Assembly: GCA_013239625.1 (NCBI GenBank)
Contig: MU053881.1
Coordinates: 8,331,957 to 8,395,956, forward strand
From: Lama guanicoe
Taxonomy: Eukaryota
Direction: 5' to 3'
Length of the DNA stretch: 64,000 nt
Below the pieces are notes generated by a model, which saw only the letters and a program-made list of their open reading frames with translations, did no database searches and was not told the DNA's origin. The position numbers and the translations under genes are program-made. The number at the start of each line of letters is the position of its first letter. Position 1 is the first letter of the stretch. Of this stretch, positions 41,785 to 55,700 are shown piece by piece.

Positions 41785-43416
41785 TTAAAAAGAAGGTAAG
41801 GTTTGTAAAGAGTCAGCCCCATATTTCTAGATTAAAAAATTTGTTCATTTCTCAAACAAGAACAAAAAACACCCAAAAAACAAAAATCCAGACTAAGCCC
41901 CCCCCAAAAAAACCAGAGTCAGGAAGTAAAAGTTTAGAACATCAGAACAACAGAACAAGTGCTCTATCTCAACAATCAAGAGTATTGCTAAGAATGTGCC
42001 CTCCAAAACCCTATTATTTCTTCCGAAATAGTGTTTCTTGAAAATATGAAATTCTCACAATACTAACTCTACCTTTCCAATTCACAGAAGCCTATTTCAC
42101 AAATATGCTTGTTCCAGAGGAGTAATAATGAACAGCTAACAGATGGGCTGAATTTTCTGGGCTCTAATTACCATTTCGGATGTGGTTCTGGATGAGCATT
42201 TTTTTTTAATTAAAAATAAAACTGTTTTCATTGTTTTCTGTTTTGTATTGTAGTAAAGTCAGTTGACAATGTTTTGTCAATTTCTGATGTAGTTTTCTAT
42301 TTTGAAAGCAACACATGCTTACTGAAAAGTAAATTATTAATCCCACCCCAAAACTAACCAGCAATAACATTTTGATATAAATTCTAGACATTTCTTTGCA
42401 AACTCACATCTATGTTTTAATGAAAACTGGAAATATATGGCTTTTCTTTTACCTTGGTTTTAAAATTTAACAATGTGTTATAAACATTTTAATATGTTAA
42501 TAGATGTATATTACTGTTAATATACTGCTAGTATATAATATATATAATTAATATATATTAATAGATGCACAATATCATACATTCATAGACTGCATTAATA
42601 GATTTGCCTTATATTCCGTGCACAGAATTCCAACAGATTATAACATTAGTTACCTCACCCATCTGATACCAATAAACAATTTTCCATTTTTTTAATTAGA
42701 AAATACATACCAAAAATTTAAAAAAACTCCAAAAAACCCAAAACAAGCAAACAAAACCCCTCAAAGTTCTTGGGACGCTGACTATCAAAAGAAAATACTT
42801 TTAAAAAGGAAAAAACCTACATGTGTGAAGTCATTTACAGAATAGACTAAAGCTCCCCAAAAACCGTGGGGGGAGAATCCAACAGGGTGCAATGCAAACT
42901 TCAGCCCACACAGCCGAGCCAGTGTGCAGTCACACAGTAACACGACAGAGTTCAATACAATGTTAGGTGGGCACAGTACAAGAATGATGACCCTGTAACC
43001 ACAAATGACATACACGTTTGTATAAGGAGTAAAGGAGTCAAAGAATATTTACCACAGGGACTGATTTTAAATTACTGTTAATGGTAAATTTGTCTTTTCA
43101 AAACTATTTATATATACTTAATAATGCTTTCAAACTATATAAAATCAGGGTAACAACAGCATCAAGAACTTTTAAATACTAAAATGTATTCTGATGAACA
43201 AACTCCTAAGTTCACTCAAGACTAGGCGATGTGATAGAATTAAACATCTAACATACACCAATAAAGAAAGCAAACGTGACATGTTAAGGGACAGGGAGTT
43301 AAGTGACTTTTATTTAACCCCACAGTAGCTTCAAATATCATTTTAAACTCCCTGAGGAAAATGAATAATTATGATAAATGATAAACATACAAATAATAGA
43401 ACAATAAACGGCATCA

Positions 43417-43587
<171 letters not shown>

Positions 43588-44188
43588 TTAGAGTAGAAGA
43601 ATTACATTCCATTAGGAACCACTAACATTTAAGTGCCAGTACATCGCATTTAGTAGTGTCTTATAAATTATCTTAGTGTAATTTAGACAATAGTTCTCAA
43701 ATGTCAATGGAGACATTCTTCAAAATGTCAATCCAACCATCTCTCACTCCTCACTGCTTTCATCTAATCTCAAACCGCCAGGTCGTCTCTTAACTGGATT
43801 ATTAAAACAGTTTTCTAATTCATTACTATAGTTCTCCTTTCTTTGCCTGAGCTTCACAGAAACTAGAGTTATCTTTAATTAGATTACATGCCCTGCTAAC
43901 GAATACTCTCCAATAGCTTCCCATCGCACTTAAGAATAAAATCCCAATTTCCTACCCTGGCCTACCAAGCCCAGCACAATCTGTCTTTTGCTTCCCTCTC
44001 CCACTAGAATATATACCCCTAGTACAGGAGGCACTCAAGAAATATTTGTGGAACAAATGGGGAAGCTTTCCCCCTGGTTCCACATCACCCTCCAACAAGT
44101 CAAAGAGCCATTAATCCAGAGGAGGGGCCAAGGACATAATTTAAATGCCTAATGGGTAATTATGAAGCAGAACCACACTTATGAATCA

Positions 44189-44449
<261 letters not shown>

Positions 44450-44807
44450 TTAATTAATAAAATTAAACAATAAACTCAAGACAAACAGTAGCTTGGACTG
44501 TAATTCAACTGTGTTAGACTTTCTGATAAAACTTGTCCATTATTCACTGACAAAGAATCAAATTCATTTACACAAGTTATCTATTCCCTTTTTCAGAGAG
44601 AATTCGTAAGTATCGGGGAACTTATGGAATGAAATGAAAAGAAAAATCACACAGGAAGGAAGACCCGGGGAAAGGCTACTTCATGGCTATGTTCATGATC
44701 TCAAAACATTAACGATTAAATCTCAATATAAAAAGGGAAAGTCATGCCTTGTTACACCTAACACAGTTCTAATGTGTTATTCTAGCAACAGAAAATTGTA
44801 CATGTAC

Positions 44808-44908
44808 CTTTTTGTTCTCTCCAATGGCAGGCAGTTGAACACCATTCACCAAGAGATTGGTCAACTGTTCTGATACAAAGCTCTTTCTTAAGTGGACATT
44901 AATAAAAC
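44808..44908 (-). CDS. RARS1: RARS1 exon 5
   Basis: [34 protein letters not shown]. Confidence 0.95.
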
Positions 44909-45473
44909 CTAAAAAACAGAGAAGAGAAAAAAAATCAGACAGCCTCCAATCTTGAGGACTGCTCACTCCTAAAGACTTTCTCAATTTCACTTATGTTGGC
45001 TCCAGAGTCCTTATCTGGCTCTGGCAAAACTTTTCAGGTTTCCCACACCACTTGGGACGCTGGCTTCAGTTCTCCTGTAAGCTTCCTGTTTCAGCATCTA
45101 TTTCAAACCTTTGCCACTCTCCTGAAAGCTTCCTACTTAATTCAGGACCCCTTCTCTCTTAGAAAATGATCTGTTCACCTCTTAACAGAAAATAAGTGAC
45201 CTTTTCACCACAGAATATCTGTCATTATCTGTCTCCTTTTTGCTGATGAAAAACTGAGTCACGGGGACATAAAAGTAACTCATTCAAGACCAGGTGGCTA
45301 AGTCTAGACTAAAATCTCACTCAGATTCCCAACTCTCAGCCCATAGTGCCTTTACAATCTTGTTCAGTAACAAGTTTTCACCCTATGCTCATATTTTAAA
45401 TGGTTTTCTTCTCCTATATCAAAATGACTCAGCATTAAGACAACCACTTAAGGAAGATAACAGTATGTCATAC

Positions 45474-45582
45474 CAGGACCAGCAATTTCAACTTTGTCCA
45501 TATATTCATTGTCTGGGAGGTGTTTGATAATGTTTTCAGCAATTTCTCTTGGATTCACTTTCTGTTCCTTGGTTTTGAGCAT
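45474..45582 (-). CDS. RARS1: RARS1 exon 4
   Basis: [36 protein letters not shown]. Confidence 0.95.
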
Positions 45583-46505
45583 CTATAACACATAAAACGG
45601 TTCATTATACAACAGGTTTCAGCAAGTTACTTGGAAACGCACATCTGGCAAAGCAAGAGATGCATCTGACATAAAACCCATCAAAAGGCAGAAGAAGAGA
45701 CCAGTGACCTTGTGAAGGATAAAGCATCAAGAATCCACAGCGCCAGGAAGAATACACAAGTGCCAAAAGCACAGGGTCTCCATTTGAAAATGAGTTGTCA
45801 CAACCACCTAGAACTTTTTAATGAAGACTTTCAAAGTCTTTAGTTATAATGCCTGTTTCCGGGGTATTTACAATTCTGATTCTCAAATCATGAAGTGATT
45901 CTGACTTGAGAGATAAATAGCACCCTTACAAACTTAACCCCAATGCAGACACAAAAAAATTATTTAGAAAATATCTGGTCTCTTTAGATTAACCCTTTCA
46001 ATTCAGCAATGAAAAGAAAGCAAAAAGTCCCAAACCAGGGGCAATAAACAAACATACTAGACAGTGTAGCCATCAAAAATGAGGAACTCCTCTGACTGAA
46101 CATGAAATACACAAGCCCACCTCAAAGATATTCCATCAAAATATCTGATGGAAATGCTGGTTCTAAACGGCTAACTTTTAATCCCTCGACAGTAACATAG
46201 CAATCCGGGACACAAAAGGAGGGAAGTGCTAAAACAGAACAACACCAACTATTACCCTTAAATACTGAGAATATATTATACATAATTTAAATATTCAAAT
46301 TCGTGCTTTTTAAAAATTAAAAACACACGTTCCCTTTTCTCAAGTTTTTCAGAACTGTGGAAAATGTTTTCATGGAGGATACAACAATTTGCTATTATTT
46401 ATGTAAACGTTAATACTTACAATGCTTAAGAAAATCAAATCACCAAGAATGCTAGTAATAATGATGCTAATAATGATATAACAACAATAATAATACCACA
46501 GTCAC

Positions 46506-46694
46506 CTGAGAGATGCCCATAGCACTATTACACTGATAGTCCCCAAACTTGGGCTGTTGACTTGGTGTCACTATCAGGGGAGGATTTTCCAAGTCTGGAT
46601 AGGCAGCCTTAATGGCACAACCGAAGACCTCTTGTAAGCAACTATTGATGTTAATCATATTTTTAGTTGGTCTGCTCCTTTCTGCTTGAAGACT
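46506..46694 (-). CDS. RARS1: RARS1 exon 3 (contains Met73)
   Basis: [25 protein letters not shown]...[15 protein letters not shown]. Confidence 0.96.
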
Positions 46695-47103
46695 CTGTAA
46701 GAAAAGAATGGAAATGTTAATAAATTCTAAATTATCACACAAAAATTCCCCAAATATTTCAAACTTTCAAATGTCTTGAGAAGAACCAAAAGATAACTAA
46801 CACATACTCATAGTGTACCACTCTCATATCTGGGATATGCTGAGAAACACAACAAGGCAAGTCTATCCCACAGCATCTAAGACATAAGTGTGAAATGCCT
46901 CCAAGTACTTTCTATAGTTACTTTTTATCAGAATAGAAACCACGAACAGGGAGTAAAAAGGGCTGACTGAATATTCCCAACTTCTATAAAGCACTGAGAA
47001 AATAGTAGAAAATCAATCCTAAATAACTTCATAGCAACTGTTGGAAGTGAAAGCTCTATGGACAAAAGCAATAGAAACATATTCTCTCCGTTAAAATGTA
47101 TGA

Positions 47104-47229
47104 AGGGGGAGGGTATAGTTCAAGTGATGGAGCGCATGCTTAGCATACACAGGGTCCTGGGTTCAATCCCCAGTACCGCCTCTAAAAACAGACCTAATTA
47201 CATACCCCCCCCAAATAAATAAATACAAA
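47104..47229 (+). mobile_element. tRNA-derived SINE
   Basis: Head; TSD taaaatgtatga. Confidence 0.85.
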
Positions 47230-47709
47230 TAAAATGTATGACACAGGTCAAAAATACTGTTAATACTAATATATTAGAATAACAGGTTGTTCTGTCTAAC
47301 TGTTAAATAATCTCATGTTGGACCATCCTACCTATTCCTCAGTTTCTTTGAAGTGCAGTATATTCACTTAAGATGGTGTCCAATTAATTACCTCTATTAC
47401 TACACTTTTCATGTCTTCTCTGAATTATCTGTGTCTACCACTAGGCTTCTGATTGCAAGGAAAGCATCTTATTCTCGGCTCTATCCCTGGCACCTACCAT
47501 TGTACCTGCCACATAGCAGGTCAAGAAATGATGACTGAACACATACGCTCTTAATAGAACACAAATGAAAATGCTATCCGCACAATAATCACAATTTTAA
47601 ATTGGTCAAATGTCAACGATGTGCTGTATGAATGGCAACAGCAACGAAAGCTATTACCTGAGTAGTACTGAATGAACTGAGTACTACTGAATGTAAAGAA
47701 CTAAGTCAA

Positions 47710-47884
47710 AACAACAAGGTCCTACTGGATAGCACAGGGAACTATATTCAATACCCTGTAATGGCCTATCATGAAAAAGAATATGAAAAGGAGTATATAT
47801 ATGTGTGTATAAATGAATCACTATGCTATACACCAGAAATTAACACAACACTGTAAATTGACTATAGTTCAATTAAAAAAAAAA
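47710..47884 (+). mobile_element. 5'-truncated artiodactyl-type L1 3' end
   Basis: aacaaggtcctact..atagcacagggaactatattcaata...ctgtaaattgactata...poly(A). Confidence 0.7.
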
Positions 47885-50014
47885 GAACAAGTGCTTTATT
47901 TATGTGCATTATCTTACTTCGTCTACACAACAAAAACTCAGTTTGTGACTATTACCATTTCCATGTGGGCCAGAGATTAAGTAACTCGCCAAATACAACA
48001 AAGGCTAACCGGCAAGGTCAGGATTCAAGCTCAGTACTGCTGGAGCGGAGAACTCAAGCTCTGTGCTTCCTCATCACCCTCTCTGCCGTATGCAAGAAAT
48101 TCTACTATTCTTAAACTCACTAAAAAAACTGGTTTTTTAGTTAATTAATAATTGACTCCCTGTAGTGACACACTCAAAAAAGAGGAAGATATGCTTTTCA
48201 CAATCTAAAGACTTCTAATAACAAATACTAAAGTTATTTAGATATGTTCCCAAGACCCAAAACCTATTACAGATAAGTCTCAATCTTTGTATTTTCAAAG
48301 GGAAGGGGTACCAGCACATACGTATGGATATGTGTGTTTTTGTGTGTACATATGTAAACACACACATATGAATCCAATGTACTTGATTTCTGCACCATGC
48401 AACTGAGTATTTGATTATTATTAAACACTTTCCCCCAAACTGTTTCATATGTGGACGTCTTTTCTCCCTCAAAATGGTAAGTTCCATGAGGTTAAAAATA
48501 TTACACATGGTAAAAGCATCTCTGCTATAACTCAATATAAGCAATCTGAAACACTTTACATTATGTAAAAAATTACCTTTTAAAAAAAGTTTATGAGAAA
48601 AATAGCATCAGAAGTAGATCACTCAAAATCTATGATTCTGTAACAAGAGTACCGTCATATAGCAATCTTAACATTGCCACTATTGAGAAATATCTAATTC
48701 CTAGTAAGTACTAAATAAATATAAGAGTTAATCTTGAAAAAGGAAAACAAGGACAGCTCAATAGGAGGGAGCATAAAGAAGAGTTGAAGCTGCTGAGTTT
48801 ATGAAACCGGGAGTAAAAGGCCTCAGAGACAGCCATCCAACGTGGGGTTCTAAGTCAGACAGATCATGAGGCCAAAGTGAGCCTGAGGAAGGCGGGGATC
48901 AGCGGGCATGCCACACAGTCCTTCATTCTTCTGCGGCGTGCTGTCTCCTGTCTTTTGTGTACCTCGTTTTCAGTGCTGTTACTCAGCAGGGTGAAGTGCC
49001 TGCGAGAGAACCAATGCACCCTCCACATTTCACTGACAGAATTCTCCTATTTACACGTTAGAATTAATTTCCATGAAAACATGTATTAGAATGCACTGTA
49101 CTTCCTTTTGTATCTTTCCCCGCTTAGCCTCTGGCACATATTAGACACTTAATAATACTTCTAAATTGAAATAAATACATTAGGGAAATGAGTATAAATG
49201 AGTGCATAGTAAATGAGGTAACAAGAAAGGTGAGACATTTGGGGGGGAAATTCCATTGAAAAGGAATTTTGTGATTTTAGAAGACTCAAAGATGAAGCTA
49301 TTTCAAGCAGAACAGATCACAGTAGATAATACAGACTTCATGGGAGTGGGGCAGGCAGAGCCTCAGATGAATAAATGGGGTCAGCTTTGGAAAAATGGTA
49401 TAATGCCAGCACAGCCTGGCTGAAAGTAGCACACACACAGGAGAACAATTATGGGGTGAGGTCACCCTCTAGGATGTGTCATTAGCAGACCCGAAAGGCA
49501 GGCTGAAAAATTAAAACCCCAACTGAAGCAAGCTCCACTTTTTGACAAAACTGATGAACGCTGTTAGATTATTAAGTCATTAAATAATGACAGGACAGCA
49601 TAAGCTTCATGGGAAAAAACGCTCTGAAATACTAGGTAAAAAAAAAAAATCACCAACACGACACTGTAAAATGTAAGAATAAAATTGTACAATAAAACCA
49701 ATTTAGGGCAGAAAAAGGCTATAGGTGTATTTGAAAATATTTCACTTTGACAGAGGCAATTATTTAAGACTGAGCTGGCCAAAACATGTAGCATGATGAA
49801 ACATTTCAAACGGCCCTGGAAGGACACCAGCAACTTCTCCATTACTTGTCCAATAACTTAGTCAAACTTGTCTAATGCAAGGAAAAAGGACAGGGTTTCT
49901 TTACCCCTTTTTCAGATTCCTCAGGGTATACTTTCAGAATCTTCAATAACAATCATTTAAAAAAAGACGTAATAATTCAAATTGTAGAATGAAACCAGAA
50001 CTCAGAGGACCCAC

Positions 50015-50149
50015 CTTTTGAAGGATATTCAGGCGATACTTTAATTTTAAATTTTCTTCCCGCAACTGCTCCAAACTTGAAGAAGCTTCTAAACAGTTGC
50101 AGTTTTTCAACCGATCAATTTCAGCAGTCAGAAACTTAATCTCTTTCTC
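50015..50149 (-). CDS. RARS1: RARS1 exon 2 (N-terminal leucine zipper)
   Basis: [45 protein letters not shown]. Confidence 0.95.
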
Positions 50150-51510
50150 CTGCGAAAGAAAAGCCACTTTGCTCAGTCCACCCTGATTGATGACTCCTGT
50201 GATGTGATATGTTGTCCCATAAACTTTCTGCCTCATTTCCCCTCCTCTCCACCTGGGCATGGCACAGGTGATGGGCGGGATGGACTTTTCCTTTAATTGG
50301 TGAATTTTCTTCCTAGAGGTTTTTGATAACTTTAGGATATGATCTTCAGTAAAAAATTAAGCATGTGTGTTGAGGGAGAGGAACAGGAGTGTTAAGCATG
50401 CAGTGAGATAAGCCTCAGATCACTGGTTTCTTTCTTTGGCTCAAGTGCCTGCCCATTTTGCCCTTTCTGAGACAAAAGGATTTTCCCATTTTTCCCTCTA
50501 TTTTCGGCGTCTTAGGTCCTAGGCCAGAACTTTCACTCTAACACTTAAAACTAAAGACATGCCAATTCAAAAGAAAATAAAGCTTCCACCCTAACTGCAT
50601 TGCTAAAGGAGAGATTCCTCACTGGAAATGTCAGAATGTTTACCTGGACGTAACTACAGCCCAAAAATGTTGACATAAATGAGCATACATTATGTTCCAG
50701 GCACTGAGCTAAACACTTTTTATAAATTACCTCTATTATTCTTATCACAGCCCAGTGAGAGGGTACATCCCCACACTGACAAAGACCATATGACTCAGAA
50801 AAGTAAAGAACTTGCCAATTTACTAGACCAACTTGCGACTGATTCAGCATAAAGCGGTTTCTTTGACGAGAGTACTTAAACCACTTTCCCATCACCCCTC
50901 CCACCAATCCCTGCCCGGGCCTAGAGGGTAATAGAACTGTCACTGACAAGCTATGACAGTTCTTTCCCCACGAATACTGAAGGCGAGAGAGCAAACTCCT
51001 GTCTGATAAGGAACCACTCCATATGGGCTTTTCAGGAGTCCTCTGGCTCAGTATCATGGAGAGAACGGTGGCTGAGCTGCAAACAGGACCCAGGGCTCCC
51101 GCTCTTAGCCCACTTTCCTCTCTGCCTGTCCCCAGAGAGAGCGCGTGTGTTCGGGGGAGGACTGGCACTGGCCGAGGGGCGGTACTCAACACTCCAGGCT
51201 TCAGCCCCCCAGGGAGATGCTGGCTTGGGGAGGCCAGGGAGAGCGGGGGGGACCCTCCACCCCGCTTAACGACAGTGTCACTCAGGGCTGGGAACCACGG
51301 TTCTTCCTCTCCCACCTCCGGGAGAACGTTCCTGGGGCGGGGCACCAGCTTCCGCGGCAGCTCCGGCCCGGGTCTCGGGACCCGGCTGCCCGTGTCGGCG
51401 TGGAGCAGGCCGATCCTCGCCTCGCTGCCGCCGCCCCTTCGCTGCCCCGCCGGGAGCTGGGGCCTGGTCCCTCCCCTCCAAACTTTCCCACCGGTCCCAT
51501 GCGGCCCTAC

Positions 51511-51555
51511 CTGCTGCAGCAGCCGCGCGGAGCAATGAGCAACTAAGCCGTCCAT
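51511..51555 (-). CDS. RARS1: RARS1 exon 1 coding part
   Basis: aggATGG start; MDGLVAHCSARLLQQ|gtaggg. Confidence 0.95.
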
Positions 51556-51696
51556 CCTCTCGTCAGCGCCTTCGCGACCAAGTCACAGGAAGCGGAAACG
51601 CAAGCCCCGCCCGGAAGCAGAATCCCTTCCCTTCCCGCTCCGCTCCGCCCCGCCCCGCCCCGCGGTCTCCTGGCTGACTGGGTGTCAACGCCTCTG

Positions 51697-51710
51697 CTGC
51701 CCCCTAGTGG
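51697..51710 (-). promoter_or_regulatory. CTCF motif
   Basis: Reverse complement CCACTAGGGGGCAG closely matches the CTCF core consensus. Confidence 0.75.
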
Positions 51711-52157
51711 AATCCAGGAGACACTGCGGGGAGAACCCGCGGGGAATTTTCTGCCAGGTTGGGGGGCTGTACCCTTTGTAGTCTTGGGGGAGGGGAGGGG
51801 GTTTGAGGGGAATGGGACCAGAGCTCCTCTGTAACTGAACTGACTTGCACAGAGGCACTTACTTAAAGCCTCTGTCTCTCAAGGGCTTCAGTTCACTCTG
51901 TCAAATGGGTACAAAACTAACAAAAATCCATTCATTTACTCAATAGTACTTATTACGCTCATTAATGTAATGTCAGCACTATTCCACGAGCTGGAATACA
52001 AGCTGGAAACAAGTCAGACAAAGTCCCCGCTTTCATGGAGGTTACATTTTAGAGTGAATAGATATACTAGATGAAAATGTAAATAACAATCCCAGTTAAA
52101 GTGCCAGGAAGATAGAGATAGTGACTTGGATCAGGGAAGACATCTCTGAGCAGCTAC

Positions 52158-52754
52158 TGATGCAGGAAAAATGTGGGGCGAGAGGACGGCCAGATCTCGG
52201 TTTAGTTCCTGGGATGTGCCCCACCAAGGGTGTGTCCTTGGCTTCACGCAGGAAAAAATTCAAAAGCAAGGCACAGTTGAGTAAAGGTGGATTTATTCAG
52301 ATACATACTCCATAGACAGAGTGCAGGCTGTTTCAGAAGGCAAGAGAAAGGCCGTGAGGTGTGGGGGTTGGGTGGTCGGTTTAAAGTCAAAATAGTCACA
52401 CACTCCATAGACAGGAGTGCTGGGCAGCATTGCTCAGAAGGAAGAGTGGCTACAAGGCGTGGTGTTGCTAGCTTGGTAACTTCACATGCTAACAAGTGAC
52501 AGGATTATTCTAACTACTTTGGAGAAGGAGGTGGGACTCCCAGGAACTGGGCCATCACCCATCCTTTGACCTTTTATGGTCAGCCTTAAAACTGTCCTGG
52601 CGCCTGTGGGAGTGCTGTTTAGCATGCTACTGTATTTCAAAGAACGTATATTGAAGCTCAAGGTCTCCTGGGAGTTGAACCTTCCACCATCTTGCTGCTA
52701 ACTGCTGTGTCATTCTTTTAATGGCCATGCCCCGCCCCCTTCCCTCCTGTCTCA
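52158..52754 (-). mobile_element. Solo ERV1-type LTR (MER41-like by eye)
   Basis: TG...CA ends, ~597 bp, flanks ctac/gtac, AATAAA on - at 52292-52297; interrupts an L2-like relic. Confidence 0.7.
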
Positions 52755-55700
52755 GTACCACTGGAGATAAAATTCTTAACAGCTAACCTGGGATGCAAGT
52801 TCTCAGGAGACAGGGACCTTAACTGTCTTTTTGACTCTTCTCTATGCCCCCAGTCCTTAGAGCAATGGTCTCTAAACTTTTGTTTCTATAAATGAATTTT
52901 TTAAATGTAGCCTTTTTAAAAGTTGACATCTGAAAGCTCTTGCCACAAATTTAAATAGCGGTAATGAACTATTTTCTGGCATGCTGTTTCTTTTATAAGT
53001 GCTCTTAATGTATTTTCATCAAAACTGTGGAGCTGCAAATTTAGCTCATCCAATTTATTGGAAATATTTGCCATATTAATTAATTGGCAAAGCCAGTACT
53101 CTTTGTCAAGTCAAATAATTCATATCATAGTTACTTAATTTTTTTGATTCTTAAAGTTTGCATTTATTTTTATTTTTCAACCAAACACAAGTGTTAATAT
53201 ATGTCCCTGTGACACCTTTTTATTTCTCTAAGGAGGATGGAGGGAAGGATGGATGAGTTGGTGGCTGGATAAATCAAGGGACAGACAGGTGTCCACCTTC
53301 AAAATAAAGCAGGAAAAAGGTCCATCTTCCCAGTAAGTTTCCTTTGCTTGGTGCTGAAAGAGTTTCCCTCAGGAGAAGTTGTTTGAATTGTAGGAGAGGT
53401 CGTGAGAGTGGGGCCTGATCTAATATGTTCAGTGTCCTTTCTCAAATCAACTTGTAACGGGGAGGCTGATGATCCCTACGCAGCAGCATGTAAATGTGAC
53501 ACTCTGTTTTAAACTACACAAAAAATAATGATGTAACTATCAAAAAATAGCAGGTGTTGCTGAGGAGAAAGGGGAAAGTATGTCACAATCTCATCTTTAT
53601 GGGAGGGAGTGGACGGATCTTGCCTGCTGATGTTGAATAAGGACTAAAGGTCAACTATTTAAGAGGAAACCACTAGATTAACAATTATCAATTGTAGATT
53701 CCAGAGGCTGGGAGTGTCTTATTTTATATCTTATGTCTTTCTGCGGCAGTTGAGGTTTTTTTTTTTTAACCATGTGCATTAACTACATAGTAATTGAAAA
53801 CAAATTCTAAATTGACAAGAATGGGGCACCAAGCTCCCATACTGAGGCTCTAGGTGAGGGCAGGCCCCCGTTCTTATCCTCCTGCACACAATGCGAACTG
53901 CCCTAAGCACAGAGTGACTCCCAGAGCTGGTGGGGAGGCCACCCAGGGTCCTAGGGTCCCTGGTCCTCATCATTCCCACTTGTCCAACATCTGGGCCCAG
54001 TGTCACACCAGCCTGGGTCTCGATACTAAGGCATTTTACTGCTTGTAAAAGCAAGAGATTGTTAGCAATAGAAATGTCCATCAATTAGCCCATGGTACAT
54101 TCATTCAGTGGAATACTACATGGCTGTTAAAAAGGGTGAAATAGCTTACAGATACCAAGAACCATTCTAGATATATTAACTCAATCTTTCCCAAATGTGC
54201 TTCCATCATCACTATTTTTGCCATTTCTTTGTGCCTCTATGTTAATTATATGATCTTTTTCTTTAAATTGATTCATTTTCAAAACTTAAAATACTTCTCC
54301 TCTTCCTAAGCAGTAATATACCTGTGAATTCATGAGTCTGATGGCCCTGTTAAAATAAATATATGATTATAATTGTTTAAAGCTTCATGTAGGTACTCTC
54401 TAACATTTTCTTCTATACTTTGGGAAATGCTGCATCAAATCATTGGTTATCAAGACAACTTGTCAAGGGGGTTGGCAATTTCCTGGGTTCATGTTGTTAC
54501 TTAGCAAGACTGGAATTAGAACTTTGGTCTTAGACTGATTCATTCCCTGAACAATTGTTTGAGGGTCTGCCCTGTCCTCAGGGACTGCTCTGGCCTTTGG
54601 GCTAAAATGGTGAACAAGACAGGTGTCATGCTTGCCCTTGTGGTTCCAACATCTGCCTGATCAGAGAAGCAAGAGCAAAAAATCAAGTATGCAAATGCAG
54701 GAGGTAAAACATACTATAATTCCAAGCTTACATCATTTTACTTCTGATTAGCTTCATGTCCATTTATGATTAGTTGTAAATGTGTGACTTACCACGTTCT
54801 CCTAAATGAATGTACTCAGTCCCAAGTGCCCTGGGGGAAGCCTTATTAGTGGTGTAGGACAAACTTTTAAGTTCGGTTATTCCCAGAAGCGTCTAGAATA
54901 TAACAAGAATATACTTTCTCCTAGAATATAACAACTTGCCCACTATTCATTCATTAACAGCTTACGTCTGCTCAGTGCCTAACGTGTATCATCTCCTTGA
55001 ATCTGCACGCCACTTAACGAAGCCAACAAACATGCTGCGAAGAAATGACCAAGAGGCACTTTTACAGTTTTATGTGGAGCTCTGACAATGCACTTTAAAA
55101 ATGTAGGCAGCAATTTATCTACAGACACTCTCATACATGTGTGAAAGGATGGATGGACAAAGAGAGCAATGAGACGCTGTAAAAGCAAGAGACTGGCGAC
55201 AACATAAATGTCCCTCAATTAACTTACGGTACAGCAGCCATCCGGTGGAATACTACATGGGTGTTAAAAAGAATGAAACAGCTTACACATATCTTATTAA
55301 GTGAAAAAAGGCAAGGTGCAGGGCGCTCTCTAGAGTCTACACTTTCAAGTGGAAAAAAAAGAATGTGCATGTAAGATTGTATATGCATTGGCTACCCCTG
55401 GAAAGACTTGGAAGAAACTGGCAATAAACAGGGTATCTTTGGGGAAGGAACTAGCTGGTGGGGACAGAAGTGTGAAGGAGACTTATTTGTCACTGTAGGG
55501 CGATGTCTTAAGAGCACCCTCTGGGCTTAGTCCCAGTTCCACCACTTACCAGCTGTGTGAGGTTGGATAAGTAACTTAACCTCTCTGGGCCAGTTTCCTC
55601 AACTGTAAAATAGGAATGATCATGATACTACCTACCTTAGAGGGCTGTTGTGAGGTTAAATGAGTTAAAAATAAGTAAACCTTTGAATAGTGCCTGGGTC

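Larger units (their letters stand above)
51280..51745 (-). promoter_or_regulatory. RARS1 CpG-island promoter with ETS (CCGGAAG, GCGGAA) and GC-box motifs
   Basis: CpG-rich; CCGGAAG at ~51612; tandem CCGCCC at 51645-51660; no TATA box seen. Confidence 0.8.

Noticed and set aside
50551..51555. 334-aa ORF starting at the RARS1 ATG
   Set aside because: Only the first 15 codons are exon 1; the rest is read-through into GC-rich intron 1 and a MIR-like relic, with no recognisable protein features.
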